From: an uncultured Actinomycetota bacterium
GTDB lineage: Bacteria; Actinomycetota; Actinomycetes; JAHEKZ01
Direction: 5' to 3'
DNA length: 64,000 nt
NCBI GenBank assembly: GCA_963718235.1
Contig: CAVQYR010000001.1
Location: 192,001 to 256,000 of the forward strand
Shown here: positions 1 to 8,542 of the stretch, in pieces
Position numbering within the stretch: position 1 is the first letter of the stretch
How the letters are laid out: every line of letters begins with the position of its first letter
Notes under the pieces: model-generated
Database searches by the model: none
Told to the model about the DNA's origin: nothing
Seen by the model: only the letters and a program-made list of their open reading frames with translations
Program-made: the position numbers and the translations under genes

Positions 1-3
1 AGG

Positions 4-249
4 TCAGTGGGCGCTCGACCCGACCGACGGGTGGGACTCGACGTCGGCCGCTCGGCAGGTCCGGATCCCGAAGAGGGTGTACAGCGGGCAGAAGGACACG
101 GCCGACGTCGCGACCATCACCACGGCCAGCAGGTAAAGCAGCCAGGACAGCCAGGCCGTCGGGCCGACGAGCACGCCCACGACGACGAGCAAGGGCGCAA
201 CGACGAACGTGCGGATGATCCGGTCAGCCGATCCCATGTTGTGCTTCAC
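4..249 (-). CDS. DUF2892 (YgaP-like) small membrane protein
   Basis: GTG start after an AGGAGG RBS; NMGSADRIIR...FCPLYTLFGIRTC pattern with two hydrophobic helices is typical of DUF2892. Confidence 0.85.
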   Translation of the reverse strand: MKHNMGSADRIIRTFVVAPLLVVVGVLVGPTAWLSWLLYLLAVVMVATSAVSFCPLYTLFGIRTCRAADVESHPSVGSSAH

Positions 250-341
250 GATGTCCTCCTCGATCACGGTTTCCTTCTCTGCTGCATAGACGCACGAACC
301 TCCTCGAGGGATACCGGAGTGGCGCCAGGAACCCTCCTCAT

Positions 342-357
342 ATACCCTAGGGGGTAT
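342..357. promoter_or_regulatory. CsoR/CstR-family operator-like palindrome ATACCC-TAGG-GGGTAT
   Basis: Perfect 6-bp arms, C-tract/G-tract form known for CsoR-family operators; overlaps the rhodanese ATG at 356. Confidence 0.65.
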
Positions 358-766
358 GCAGAGCCGTCGACTCGCCCTGGTCACCGCCACCCTCGCCGCC
401 GTGCTGGCGCTCGGGGGGCTCACCGCCTGTTCGACTGGCTCCGATGCCGTCACCGACGTCGACGCCACCCAGGCCGCTTCGGTCCTCCAGGAGGAGAAGC
501 CGACCGTGGTCGACGTCCGGACTCCGGCCGAGTTCGCCGCCGGCCACCTGCCCGGCGCCTTGAACATCGACGTCGAGGATCCCGGTTTCACCGAGGCCAT
601 CGGCCAGCTGCCCAAGGACGACACCTACTTCGTCTACTGCCGCAGCGGGAACCGCTCAGGAGTGGCCACGGACCAGATGGCCGAGCAGGGCTTCACCGAC
701 GTCTACGACCTGCAAGGTGGCATCGTGGACTGGCAGGCGTCCGGCGGGGCGGTCGTCACCGGCTAG
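356..766 (+). CDS. Rhodanese-domain lipoprotein
   Basis: Signal peptide with LTAC lipobox; DVRTPAEF, GHLPGA, active-site loop CRSGNRS, LQGGIVDW. Confidence 0.9.
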   Translation: MQSRRLALVTATLAAVLALGGLTACSTGSDAVTDVDATQAASVLQEEKPTVVDVRTPAEFAAGHLPGALNIDVEDPGFTEAIGQLPKDDTYFVYCRSGNRSGVATDQMAEQGFTDVYDLQGGIVDWQASGGAVVTG

Positions 767-770
767 GAGC

Positions 771-796
771 CGACCGCCGGACTTCGGTGGCGGTCG
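771..796. terminator. GC-rich hairpin between convergent genes
   Basis: CGACCGCC (771-778) pairs with GGCGGTCG (789-796); no U-tract. Confidence 0.5.
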
Positions 797-802
797 CTGG
801 CC

Positions 803-1579
803 TCAGAGGCGGCGGTCGGCGTCGACCGGGAACTTGGCCCGCCAGGTCGCGACCTCGGCGAGGTCGACCTCGACCCCAACCACCTGCTCGGCGCTCTCGT
901 CGGCCTCCAGCAGGACGACGCCACGCGCATCGACGACGACGCTGTGCCCGCCCATGGCCTTGCCAGCCTGCTCGCCCACGGTGTTCACCGCCACCACCAC
1001 GTACTGGTTCTCGATCGCCCGCGCCTGGGCCAGCACCCGCCAGTGGTCAACCCGCGCCAGCGGCCAGGCCGCAGGGACGACGACGAGGTCGGCGTCCAGG
1101 TCGCGCAGCCGCCGGAAGAGCTCGGGGAAGCGCAGGTCGTAGCACGTCGCGAGCCCGATCCGCCCGAGCTTGGTGGGTACGACGACGATGTCGTCGCCGG
1201 CCGTCATCAGGGACGGCTCGCCCTCGCTGAAGCCGAACAGGTGCATCTTCCGGTACACCGCAGCGACGCCACCCTGCGGGTCCAGGAGCACCGCGGTGTT
1301 GGTGAGCGACCCATCGTCGTGGCGCTCGACGAACGATCCCGCGTGGACGTACGCGCCGAGGTCTCGTGCGGCGGCGGCCAGGGAGTTGACGATGGGGCCG
1401 TCGAGCGGCTCGGCGGTCTCCTCCCACGACGTATAGGTGAACCCCCCGTTGGGCCACAGCTCGGGCAGCACCACGAGGTCCGCGTCGCGCAGCGTGTGGA
1501 CCAGGCCGACCACCCGCCCCACCCGGTCGGCGAACAGCTCGGTGGCGTCGAAGTCCAGCTGCACCATCGTGACCTGCAT
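803..1579 (-). CDS. Carbon-nitrogen hydrolase (nitrilase superfamily)
   Basis: Catalytic triad motifs LPELW, YRKMHL, TCYDLRFPE. Confidence 0.9.
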   Translation of the reverse strand: MQVTMVQLDFDATELFADRVGRVVGLVHTLRDADLVVLPELWPNGGFTYTSWEETAEPLDGPIVNSLAAAARDLGAYVHAGSFVERHDDGSLTNTAVLLDPQGGVAAVYRKMHLFGFSEGEPSLMTAGDDIVVVPTKLGRIGLATCYDLRFPELFRRLRDLDADLVVVPAAWPLARVDHWRVLAQARAIENQYVVVAVNTVGEQAGKAMGGHSVVVDARGVVLLEADESAEQVVGVEVDLAEVATWRAKFPVDADRRL

Positions 1580-1613
1580 GACGACAGGATCTCACGGGGT
1601 TTACGGTCGCCCC

Positions 1614-2474
1614 ATGGACAAAGCCAGGGACAGGAACAGGCACTGGGACAGGGACACCGCCGTGGGTGCCTACGTCGAGGCGCTGAACGCCGTGCGCGAC
1701 CTCGCGGCGGAGCTGTCCGAGGGGGAGTGGGTCCTGCCGACCGACCTGCCGGGCTGGTCGGTGCAGGACAACATCGCCCACGTCGTCGCCGTGGAGGACG
1801 AGCTGGCCGGCCGGCCGCTGCCGGACCACCTGCCGGACTACGCCGTCCTCAGCCACGTCACCAACCCGTTCGCCGAGCACATGGAGATCGGCGTCGACCA
1901 CCGCCGAGGGGTCCGACCCGTCGACCTGGTCGCCGAGCTGCGCGCACTCGTCGAGGAGCGCACCGCTCAGCTCGACGAGGTCGGTGACGACCCGGAGGCG
2001 CTGGTCGCCGGACCCATGGGCAGCCAGCGTCCGGTCGGTCGGTCCCTGGGCATCCGTGCGTTCGACATCTGGGCCCACGAGCAGGACGTCCGGCGGGCCA
2101 CCGGGCGCCCCGAGCGGCTCACCGGACTGGCGCCGGCCGCCTCACTCGAGCGGATCGTCGCTGCGCTTCCGGTCGTGGTCAGCAAGGAGGCGGGGCTGCC
2201 GGCCGGCAGCGCGGTCCGGTTCGAGATCGACGGACCGGGTCCGGTCCCCGACGGGCTGACCCTGGACGTCGTCGTCGACTCCGAGGGCATCGGCCGAGTG
2301 ATCTCCGCCGACGACGGGGCCACTCCACCGACCACGGTCAGCCTCACGATGGACTTCGCGACCCTCGCCCATCTCGCGTGCGGAAGACGCCCGCCCCGTG
2401 ACTGCGTCGTCGAGATCACCGGTGACGCCGATCAGGCCGCCCGGGTGCTCGCCGTCCTGGCCATCACCCCCTGA
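1614..2474 (+). CDS. Mycothiol-dependent maleylpyruvate isomerase family protein (DinB-like)
   Basis: PTDLPGWSVQDNIAH and DIWAHEQD motifs; C-terminal SCP2-like part. Confidence 0.85.
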   Translation: MDKARDRNRHWDRDTAVGAYVEALNAVRDLAAELSEGEWVLPTDLPGWSVQDNIAHVVAVEDELAGRPLPDHLPDYAVLSHVTNPFAEHMEIGVDHRRGVRPVDLVAELRALVEERTAQLDEVGDDPEALVAGPMGSQRPVGRSLGIRAFDIWAHEQDVRRATGRPERLTGLAPAASLERIVAALPVVVSKEAGLPAGSAVRFEIDGPGPVPDGLTLDVVVDSEGIGRVISADDGATPPTTVSLTMDFATLAHLACGRRPPRDCVVEITGDADQAARVLAVLAITP

Positions 2475-2482
2475 CAGCAGCG

Positions 2483-3907
2483 CTACCAGGCGAGGTCGAC
2501 CGCGGGCTCCTCGAGCATCGACGCCACGTCGACGAGCAGCCGTGAGCCCGTCGCGCCGTCGATGAACCGGTGGTCGAACGACAGCGACAGCGTGCACACC
2601 GTGCGCACGGCGAGCTCGCCCTGATGCACCCAGGGCTTCTGTCTCCACGCACCCACGGCGAGGATCGCCGACTCGCCGGGGTTGATGATCGGTGTCCCGC
2701 CGTCGACACCGAACACACCGACGTTGGTGATCGTGAACGTTCCACCGATGAGGTCGCCCGGGGTCGTGCGGCCCTCCTTGGCGGTCGCGGTCAGGTTGGT
2801 CAGCGCCGCCGCGAGGTCGCGCAGCGACAGGAGGTCGGCGTCCTTGATGTTGGGAACCACGAGCCCTCGCGGTGTCGCGGCGGCGAACCCGAGGTTGACC
2901 GCCCCGCGGTGCACGATCTCTCCGGCCGCTGCGTCGAACCACCCGTTGGCCAACGGGGTCCGGGCCAGCCCGGCCAGCACGGCGCGGGCCACGAGCAGCA
3001 TCTGCGTCACCCGCAGCCCCTCGAAGGACGCAGATCCGCGCAGCCGATCCAGCAGCTCGCCGCTCCTGGTGACGTCGACCTCGACCCACTCGGTGACGTG
3101 CGGGATGGTGAACGCGCTGCTCGACATGGCCTCGGCCATCAGTCGGGTGACCCCGCGCACGGGCTCACGCGACTGACCACGTGCCGCGGAGCCCGTCGTC
3201 GGGGTCTGGCCGGACCGAGGCGGCGACGTCATCGGCCTCATCAGGGCAGCGGCCGCCTCGACGTCGTCGCGGGTGACCACCCCCTCGGGTCCGGTCGGTC
3301 GCACCGCAGCCAGGTCGACCCCCAGCTCGCGGGCCAGCTTGCGCACCGGAGGCTTCGCGCGGGGCCGGGCCGGGCCGGCGGACGCGGCCGATGCCCGGTC
3401 GCCGCCCAGTCGGGCCTCGGCCGCCCGACCGATCTCGAGCCCGCCGTGACGCACCGGCTTGACCGGCTCACCGGGCGGGCCGGCCTCGAGCCGCTGCGTG
3501 CCGTGCGGCGAGACAGCGGGTAGTCGCGGCCGGCGCCTGGTCGCGTCAGGGGTGACGCCGTACCCGACGAGCACCGGACCGCTGCCCTCGGCCGGCGGCT
3601 CGACTCCCGGGTCGCCCGGCGCCGTCGGGGTCGGTGCGGCCTCGGTGAGCAACAGCGTGACCAGCGGCTTGCCGACCGCCACGACCTCGCCCTCGGTCGC
3701 GTGCAGCTCGGCCACAGTTCCGGCGTAGGGACTCGGCAGCTCGACCGCCGCCTTCGCGGTCTCCACCTCAACGAGCGGCTGGTTGACCACGACCGTGTCG
3801 CCCACGGCCACGAGCCAGCGGAGGACCTCGCCCTCGGTGAGCCCCTCACCGACGTCGGGCAGCAGGAACTGCCGGTGCAACGAAGGGGTGTCGGTCTGTG
3901 TCATCAA
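2483..3907 (-). CDS. pdhC: 2-oxoacid (pyruvate/branched-chain) dehydrogenase E2 dihydrolipoamide acyltransferase
   Basis: Lipoyl domain LPDVGEGL...ETAKA; E3-binding AKPPVRKLA; catalytic FDHRFIDG. Confidence 0.92.
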   Translation of the reverse strand: MMTQTDTPSLHRQFLLPDVGEGLTEGEVLRWLVAVGDTVVVNQPLVEVETAKAAVELPSPYAGTVAELHATEGEVVAVGKPLVTLLLTEAAPTPTAPGDPGVEPPAEGSGPVLVGYGVTPDATRRRPRLPAVSPHGTQRLEAGPPGEPVKPVRHGGLEIGRAAEARLGGDRASAASAGPARPRAKPPVRKLARELGVDLAAVRPTGPEGVVTRDDVEAAAALMRPMTSPPRSGQTPTTGSAARGQSREPVRGVTRLMAEAMSSSAFTIPHVTEWVEVDVTRSGELLDRLRGSASFEGLRVTQMLLVARAVLAGLARTPLANGWFDAAAGEIVHRGAVNLGFAAATPRGLVVPNIKDADLLSLRDLAAALTNLTATAKEGRTTPGDLIGGTFTITNVGVFGVDGGTPIINPGESAILAVGAWRQKPWVHQGELAVRTVCTLSLSFDHRFIDGATGSRLLVDVASMLEEPAVDLAW

Positions 3908-3920
3908 GGCTTCCAGTCGG

Positions 3921-4919
3921 TCAGAACGCCAGCGAGCGGTCGACGGCGTCGAGCACTCGGTCGAGGTCGGGCAGGTACAGGTGCTCGACCCGTGAGGGTG
4001 GGTAAGGCGTGTCGAACCCGCCCACCCGCAGCACCGGGGCCTGCAGGTCGTAGAAGCAGCGTTCGGTGAGGCGGGCGGCGAGCTCGGCCCCGAGCCCCAG
4101 GAACACCGGGGCCTCGTGGACGACCACGCAACGGCCGGTGCGGCTGACCGACCCGGCCACGGTGTCGACGTCGATCGGTGACAGGGACCGCAGGTCGACG
4201 ACCTCGATGCTCACGTGGTCCCCCTCCGCGGCGGCGGCCGCCTCGACGCACGTGCGCACCATGGGTCCGTAGGAGACGACGGTGACGTCGTCGCCCGATC
4301 GCACCACGCGGGCCTGGTCCAGGGGCGGCGGTACCGCGTCGAGGTCGACCTGCGCCTTGTCCCAGTAGCGCCGCTTGGGCTCCAGGAACACCACCGGGTC
4401 GTCGCACGCGACAGCCTGCTGCACCATCCAGTAGGCGTCGACCGGGTTGGACGGCGTCACCACCCGGAGTCCGGCGGTGTGGGCGAAGTACGCCTCCGGG
4501 GACTCGCTGTGGTGCTCGACCGCGCCGATCCCGCCGCCATAGGGGAGGCGAAGCGTCACGGGCATCGACACGCCCCCGGAGGAGCGTGCATGCATCTTGG
4601 CCAGCTGGCTGACGATCTGGTCGAAGGCGACGTAGACGAAGCCGTCGAACTGGATCTCCGTGACCGGGCGGAAGCCGCGCAGGGCCAGCCCGATCGCCGT
4701 ACCGATGATGCTGCTCTCAGCGAGCGGTGTGTCGATGACCCGGTGCTCGCCGAAGTCCTTCTGGAGCCCGTCGGTGATCCGGAAGACGCCGCCGAGCTTG
4801 CCGATGTCCTCTCCCATCAGCAGCACCTTGGGGTCGCTCTCGAGCGCCCGCCGGAGTCCGAGGTTGATCGCCTTGCCCAAGGTGATCGGTGCGCTCGCCT
4901 CGCCGGGGTTCGTCGTCAC
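3921..4919 (-). CDS. pdhB: 2-oxoacid dehydrogenase E1 beta subunit
   Basis: GEDIGKLGGVFR, DTPLAES, EIQFDGF, EHHSESPE; GTG 1 nt after the E1-alpha stop. Confidence 0.93.
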   Translation of the reverse strand: MTTNPGEASAPITLGKAINLGLRRALESDPKVLLMGEDIGKLGGVFRITDGLQKDFGEHRVIDTPLAESSIIGTAIGLALRGFRPVTEIQFDGFVYVAFDQIVSQLAKMHARSSGGVSMPVTLRLPYGGGIGAVEHHSESPEAYFAHTAGLRVVTPSNPVDAYWMVQQAVACDDPVVFLEPKRRYWDKAQVDLDAVPPPLDQARVVRSGDDVTVVSYGPMVRTCVEAAAAAEGDHVSIEVVDLRSLSPIDVDTVAGSVSRTGRCVVVHEAPVFLGLGAELAARLTERCFYDLQAPVLRVGGFDTPYPPSRVEHLYLPDLDRVLDAVDRSLAF

Positions 4920-4920
4920 G

Positions 4921-6033
4921 TCACACCTCCGGGGCGAACGAGCCGAGGTAGGTCTCGAACGACGCACGCTCGGCGTCGACGAGTGAGTGCGGTTCGGCGT
5001 AGGCGTGGGCGAACATGTCCAACGGAGCCGGGTCCGCCAGTGCGCGGCAGCCCTCACGGAGTCGTACGGCGAGCGCCTCGGACTCGGCGTCCAACGCTTC
5101 GAAGTACGCGTCGTCGACCAGCTGCTGCTTGTACAGGAACGACCTCAGCCGCTCGATCGGGTCGCGCAGCCGCCAGGCCTCGGTCTCGGCGTCGGTGCGG
5201 TACCGCGTCGGGTCGTCGGAGGTGGTGTGTGCCCCCATGCGGTAGGTGAACGCCTCGACGAGGCTCGGCCCACCCCCCTCGCGCGCACGCTGCAGCATGT
5301 ACCTGCTGACCGCCAGGCTGGCCAGGACGTCGTTGCCGTCGACCCGCACTCCGGGGAACCCGAAGCCGTTGGCGCGCTGGTACAGCGGGATCCGGGTCTG
5401 CCGCTCCAGGGGCTCGGAGATCGCCCACTGGTTGTTCTGGCAGAAGAAGACCACCGGCGCGTTGAAGACGCTGGCCCAGATGAAGGCCTCGTTGACGTCG
5501 CCCTGGCTGCTCGCCCCGTCGCCGAAGAAGACCATGACCGCGTGCTCGTCGCCGTCGGCCTGCATGCCCATCGCGTAGCCGACCGCCTGCGGGCACTGGT
5601 CGCCGATCACGATCGTGTACAGCGCGAACCCGTGCTCTCTGGGGCTCCAGCCACCGTTGGTGGTCCCCCGGAACAGACCGAGCAGGGTGAGTGGGTCGAC
5701 GTCGCGACACCAGGCGACCCCGTGCTCGCGGTAGGTGGGAAACGCCATGTCGCCGGGCAGCAGCGCGCGACCGGCACCGACCTGCGCGGCCTCCTGGCCG
5801 AGCAGCGAGGCCCACAGCCCCAGCTCGCCCTGTCGTTGCAGGGCGGTCGCCTCGGCGTCGATCCGCCGCACCAGCGTGAGGTCGCGGAACAGCGCACGGT
5901 AGTCGTCGTCGGTCAGCGTGATGTCGAAGGTCGGGTGGTGCAGTCGTTCCCCCTCGGGGGTGAGCAGCTGGACCATCGTCGGGTCAGCGGACACCGCCGC
6001 GATGGGCGGGGGCGCGCTCGCTCCTGGGGTCAC
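4921..6033 (-). CDS. pdhA: 2-oxoacid dehydrogenase E1 alpha subunit
   Basis: GQEAAQ, TPP-binding FGDGA...NNQWAIS, YRMGAHTTSDDP; GGAGGAGG RBS. Confidence 0.93.
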   Translation of the reverse strand: MTPGASAPPPIAAVSADPTMVQLLTPEGERLHHPTFDITLTDDDYRALFRDLTLVRRIDAEATALQRQGELGLWASLLGQEAAQVGAGRALLPGDMAFPTYREHGVAWCRDVDPLTLLGLFRGTTNGGWSPREHGFALYTIVIGDQCPQAVGYAMGMQADGDEHAVMVFFGDGASSQGDVNEAFIWASVFNAPVVFFCQNNQWAISEPLERQTRIPLYQRANGFGFPGVRVDGNDVLASLAVSRYMLQRAREGGGPSLVEAFTYRMGAHTTSDDPTRYRTDAETEAWRLRDPIERLRSFLYKQQLVDDAYFEALDAESEALAVRLREGCRALADPAPLDMFAHAYAEPHSLVDAERASFETYLGSFAPEV

Positions 6034-6182
6034 GCCGTCCTCCTCCACCCGCCCCGGTAGCCGCGGGGTCTCCGTGCCACGCCGGGTGCTGGTCCGCCCA
6101 TGGTGGCCCTTTCCGCGCGCTGCGCCAAGCCACCGGGGTCAACGGCGTCCGACCGTGGCGCGGTGACCGTCGCCGGGGAGGC

Positions 6183-6992
6183 TCAGTGGGGCCGTGGTCC
6201 GTGCGGCGGGTGCCCCGGGCCGTGCTCGTGGCCACCCCCGTGATCGTGCCCGTCCCCGTGGCCACCCCCGTGATCGTGCCCGTCCTCGTGGCCACCGCCG
6301 TGATCGTGCCCGTCCTCGTCATGGGGAGGGCGTCCCTGGTCGTGGTCGTCCCCGTCCCCGTCACCGTCACCGTCATGGGGCGGGCACCCTGGGTCGCCGT
6401 CGTCCGGCGGCTGCCCGGGCCCGTGGTGCGGTGGGTGACTGGGCCCCCTGGGTCCGCCGTCGCCGGGCCCACCGGGGGGGCGCGGACCGTGTGGCCCGTC
6501 GCCCGGGTGAGTCGTCGGGGTGGGGGTAGGCGTGGGGGTGGGCGTGGGGGTCGGGTCATCGGGGGGAGGGGCCGGCTCGTCCGGCGATGAGCCCCCCGCG
6601 CCGGAAGGCCTGGCCCCGCCGTCGGAGGGCCGCACCGCCGGTGCGGCACTCGTTCCCGACGACGGAACGACGCCAGGGTCGTTCGCCGAGCGACCCGGTC
6701 CGGCCGGCCCAGGGCGGCCGGGGGCGGGCGACGTGGCGTCGGTCGTCGGCTCCGGCTGCACGCCGATCGGGGCCGGGACCACGAGCTGGTCCGGGAGTGG
6801 GCCGAGCCGCCGGTCGAGGGCCGACCGCGACTCCGTGGTGCCGTCGAGGGTTCGGTGGGCCACGGTGGCCATGGCAGCGAGCCCGCCGGCGGACAGGCTG
6901 GCCGCGAGGAGCAGCACGACCGTGGCCCGGCCGCTGGCCCCGGCGAACCACGAGGCACGACCGGGCCGACGCCGGCGTCCGTCGTGGTCCAT
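6183..6992 (-). CDS. Hypothetical membrane-anchored Pro/Gly-rich protein with His/Asp-rich tail
   Basis: AAGGAG RBS before ATG; one N-terminal hydrophobic stretch, (PT)n linker, GHDHGGGH repeats. Confidence 0.6.
   Translation of the reverse strand: MDHDGRRRRPGRASWFAGASGRATVVLLLAASLSAGGLAAMATVAHRTLDGTTESRSALDRRLGPLPDQLVVPAPIGVQPEPTTDATSPAPGRPGPAGPGRSANDPGVVPSSGTSAAPAVRPSDGGARPSGAGGSSPDEPAPPPDDPTPTPTPTPTPTPTTHPGDGPHGPRPPGGPGDGGPRGPSHPPHHGPGQPPDDGDPGCPPHDGDGDGDGDDHDQGRPPHDEDGHDHGGGHEDGHDHGGGHGDGHDHGGGHEHGPGHPPHGPRPH
6231..6320. repeat. 30-bp tandem repeat x3 encoding (E/G)DGHDHGGGH
   Basis: GCCACCCCCGTGATCGTGCCCGTCCCCGTG-like unit at 6231, 6261 and 6291. Confidence 0.9.
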
Positions 6993-7169
6993 GACGTCTC
7001 TCCTTGAGCCCCACCGCGACCATATCACTCAAAGTAGTGATGTGATTACTCTACGCGACTGATTTCCGATCGGGCCGTCGCGCCGCGCCGGGCCCCCGAA
7101 CCAGGCAGACTGGGGGCGCGCGGCCGGCACCGGCCGCGGTCCGCCCGCCCTGCATCCCGAGGACGACCC

Positions 7170-7820
7170 ATGACCGACCGCCCGATCCGGGTGTTTCTGC
7201 TCGACGACCACGAGGTCGTGCGTCGGGGCCTGCACGAGCTGCTCGTCCTCGAAGGCGACCTCGAGGTCGTCGGCGAGGGCGGGAGCGTGGCCGAGGCGCT
7301 GGCCAGGATCCCGGCCGTGCGCCCCGACGTCGCCGTCCTCGACGTCCGGCTGCCCGACGGCAGCGGCGTCGAGGTGTGCCGGGAGATCCGCTCGATGCTG
7401 CCGGACACGCGGTGCCTGATGCTGACGTCCTACGCCGACGACGAGGCGCTGTTCGACGCGATCATGGCCGGGGCGTCCGGGTACGCGCTGAAGGACATCC
7501 GGGGCAACGACCTCGTGGCGGCCATCCGCGAGGTGGCGGCCGGCAAGTCCCTGCTCGACCCGCAGGCCACGGCCAGGGTGCTCGAGCGCCTGCGCGGGGG
7601 CCAGCAGGAGGACGCCCGGCTGAGCATGCTCACCGACCAGGAGCGCCGGATCCTCGACCTGATCGGCGACGGGCTCACCAACCGTCAGATCGGCGAGCAG
7701 ATGCACCTCGCCGAGAAGACCGTGAAGAACTACGTGTCGTCGCTGCTGGCCAAGCTGGGCATGGAGCGCCGCACCCAGGCCGCGGCCTACATCGCACGCC
7801 AGCAGGAGCACGACCGCTGA
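7170..7820 (+). CDS. devR: DevR/DosR-like NarL-family response regulator
   Basis: [21 protein letters not shown], and [41 protein letters not shown] typical of DevR. Confidence 0.88.
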   Translation: MTDRPIRVFLLDDHEVVRRGLHELLVLEGDLEVVGEGGSVAEALARIPAVRPDVAVLDVRLPDGSGVEVCREIRSMLPDTRCLMLTSYADDEALFDAIMAGASGYALKDIRGNDLVAAIREVAAGKSLLDPQATARVLERLRGGQQEDARLSMLTDQERRILDLIGDGLTNRQIGEQMHLAEKTVKNYVSSLLAKLGMERRTQAAAYIARQQEHDR

Positions 7821-7860
7821 CCGCAGGGCACTGCGGTCCGCCGCGAACGTGGGAGGCGGC

Positions 7861-8523
7861 ATGGACGAGTCACGAGCTCTGCAGCACGCGGGATGGGCGG
7901 GCGCCGCTTCGGTCGTGCTGCTCGTCGTCGGGGTGGGGCTGTGCGCGCTGGTCGGCGTCGACGACCCAGGCGTGTCGGACGCCGCCATCCTCGAGCGGCT
8001 CGACGACGGCGCCAAGCAGGCCGCCGCCGGCATCGGGGTGCCGATACTCAGCGCGGGGGTCGCGCTGCTGCTCTGGTTCGCCGTCGGGCTGCGACGGGTG
8101 CTGGACCGGCTGTCCGACGGCGACCCGCTCGCGCACGCGACCGTGCCGGCGGCGGCTCTGCTCGGCGGGCTGATGATCACAGGGGTGGGGCTCGACGTGT
8201 CGAGCGCGATCACCGCACTGTGGGACGAGTTCACCCCCGACCCGGACATCGCCCGCGTGCTCGGCACCGCAGGGGCCGTCGTCGGGCTCACCGGACTGAC
8301 CGGTGGCGCGGTGCTGGTCGCCGTGACGACCCGGATCGCCCAGCAGGCGCGGGCCCTGTCGGCGTGGGCCGTCTGGGTGTCCTACGCCGTCGCCACGCTG
8401 TGCCTGTTCGGCTTCTGGAGCCGAGGCATGGCGTCGGTGGCCCTCGCGCTGTGGCTCATCGGCGCCGTCATCGGGGTGCTGCGCGTGGCGCGGCGGACAC
8501 CGGTCGGCCAAGCCCGGCAGTGA
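7861..8523 (+). CDS. Hypothetical multi-pass membrane protein
   Basis: GGAGG RBS; about six hydrophobic segments. Confidence 0.7.
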   Translation: MDESRALQHAGWAGAASVVLLVVGVGLCALVGVDDPGVSDAAILERLDDGAKQAAAGIGVPILSAGVALLLWFAVGLRRVLDRLSDGDPLAHATVPAAALLGGLMITGVGLDVSSAITALWDEFTPDPDIARVLGTAGAVVGLTGLTGGAVLVAVTTRIAQQARALSAWAVWVSYAVATLCLFGFWSRGMASVALALWLIGAVIGVLRVARRTPVGQARQ

Positions 8524-8542
8524 GACCGGCCTGAGACCGGCC

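Noticed and set aside
6231-6320. 30-bp repeats as a possible CRISPR array
   Set aside because: Tandem with no unique spacers, in frame within a CDS, and no cas genes nearby
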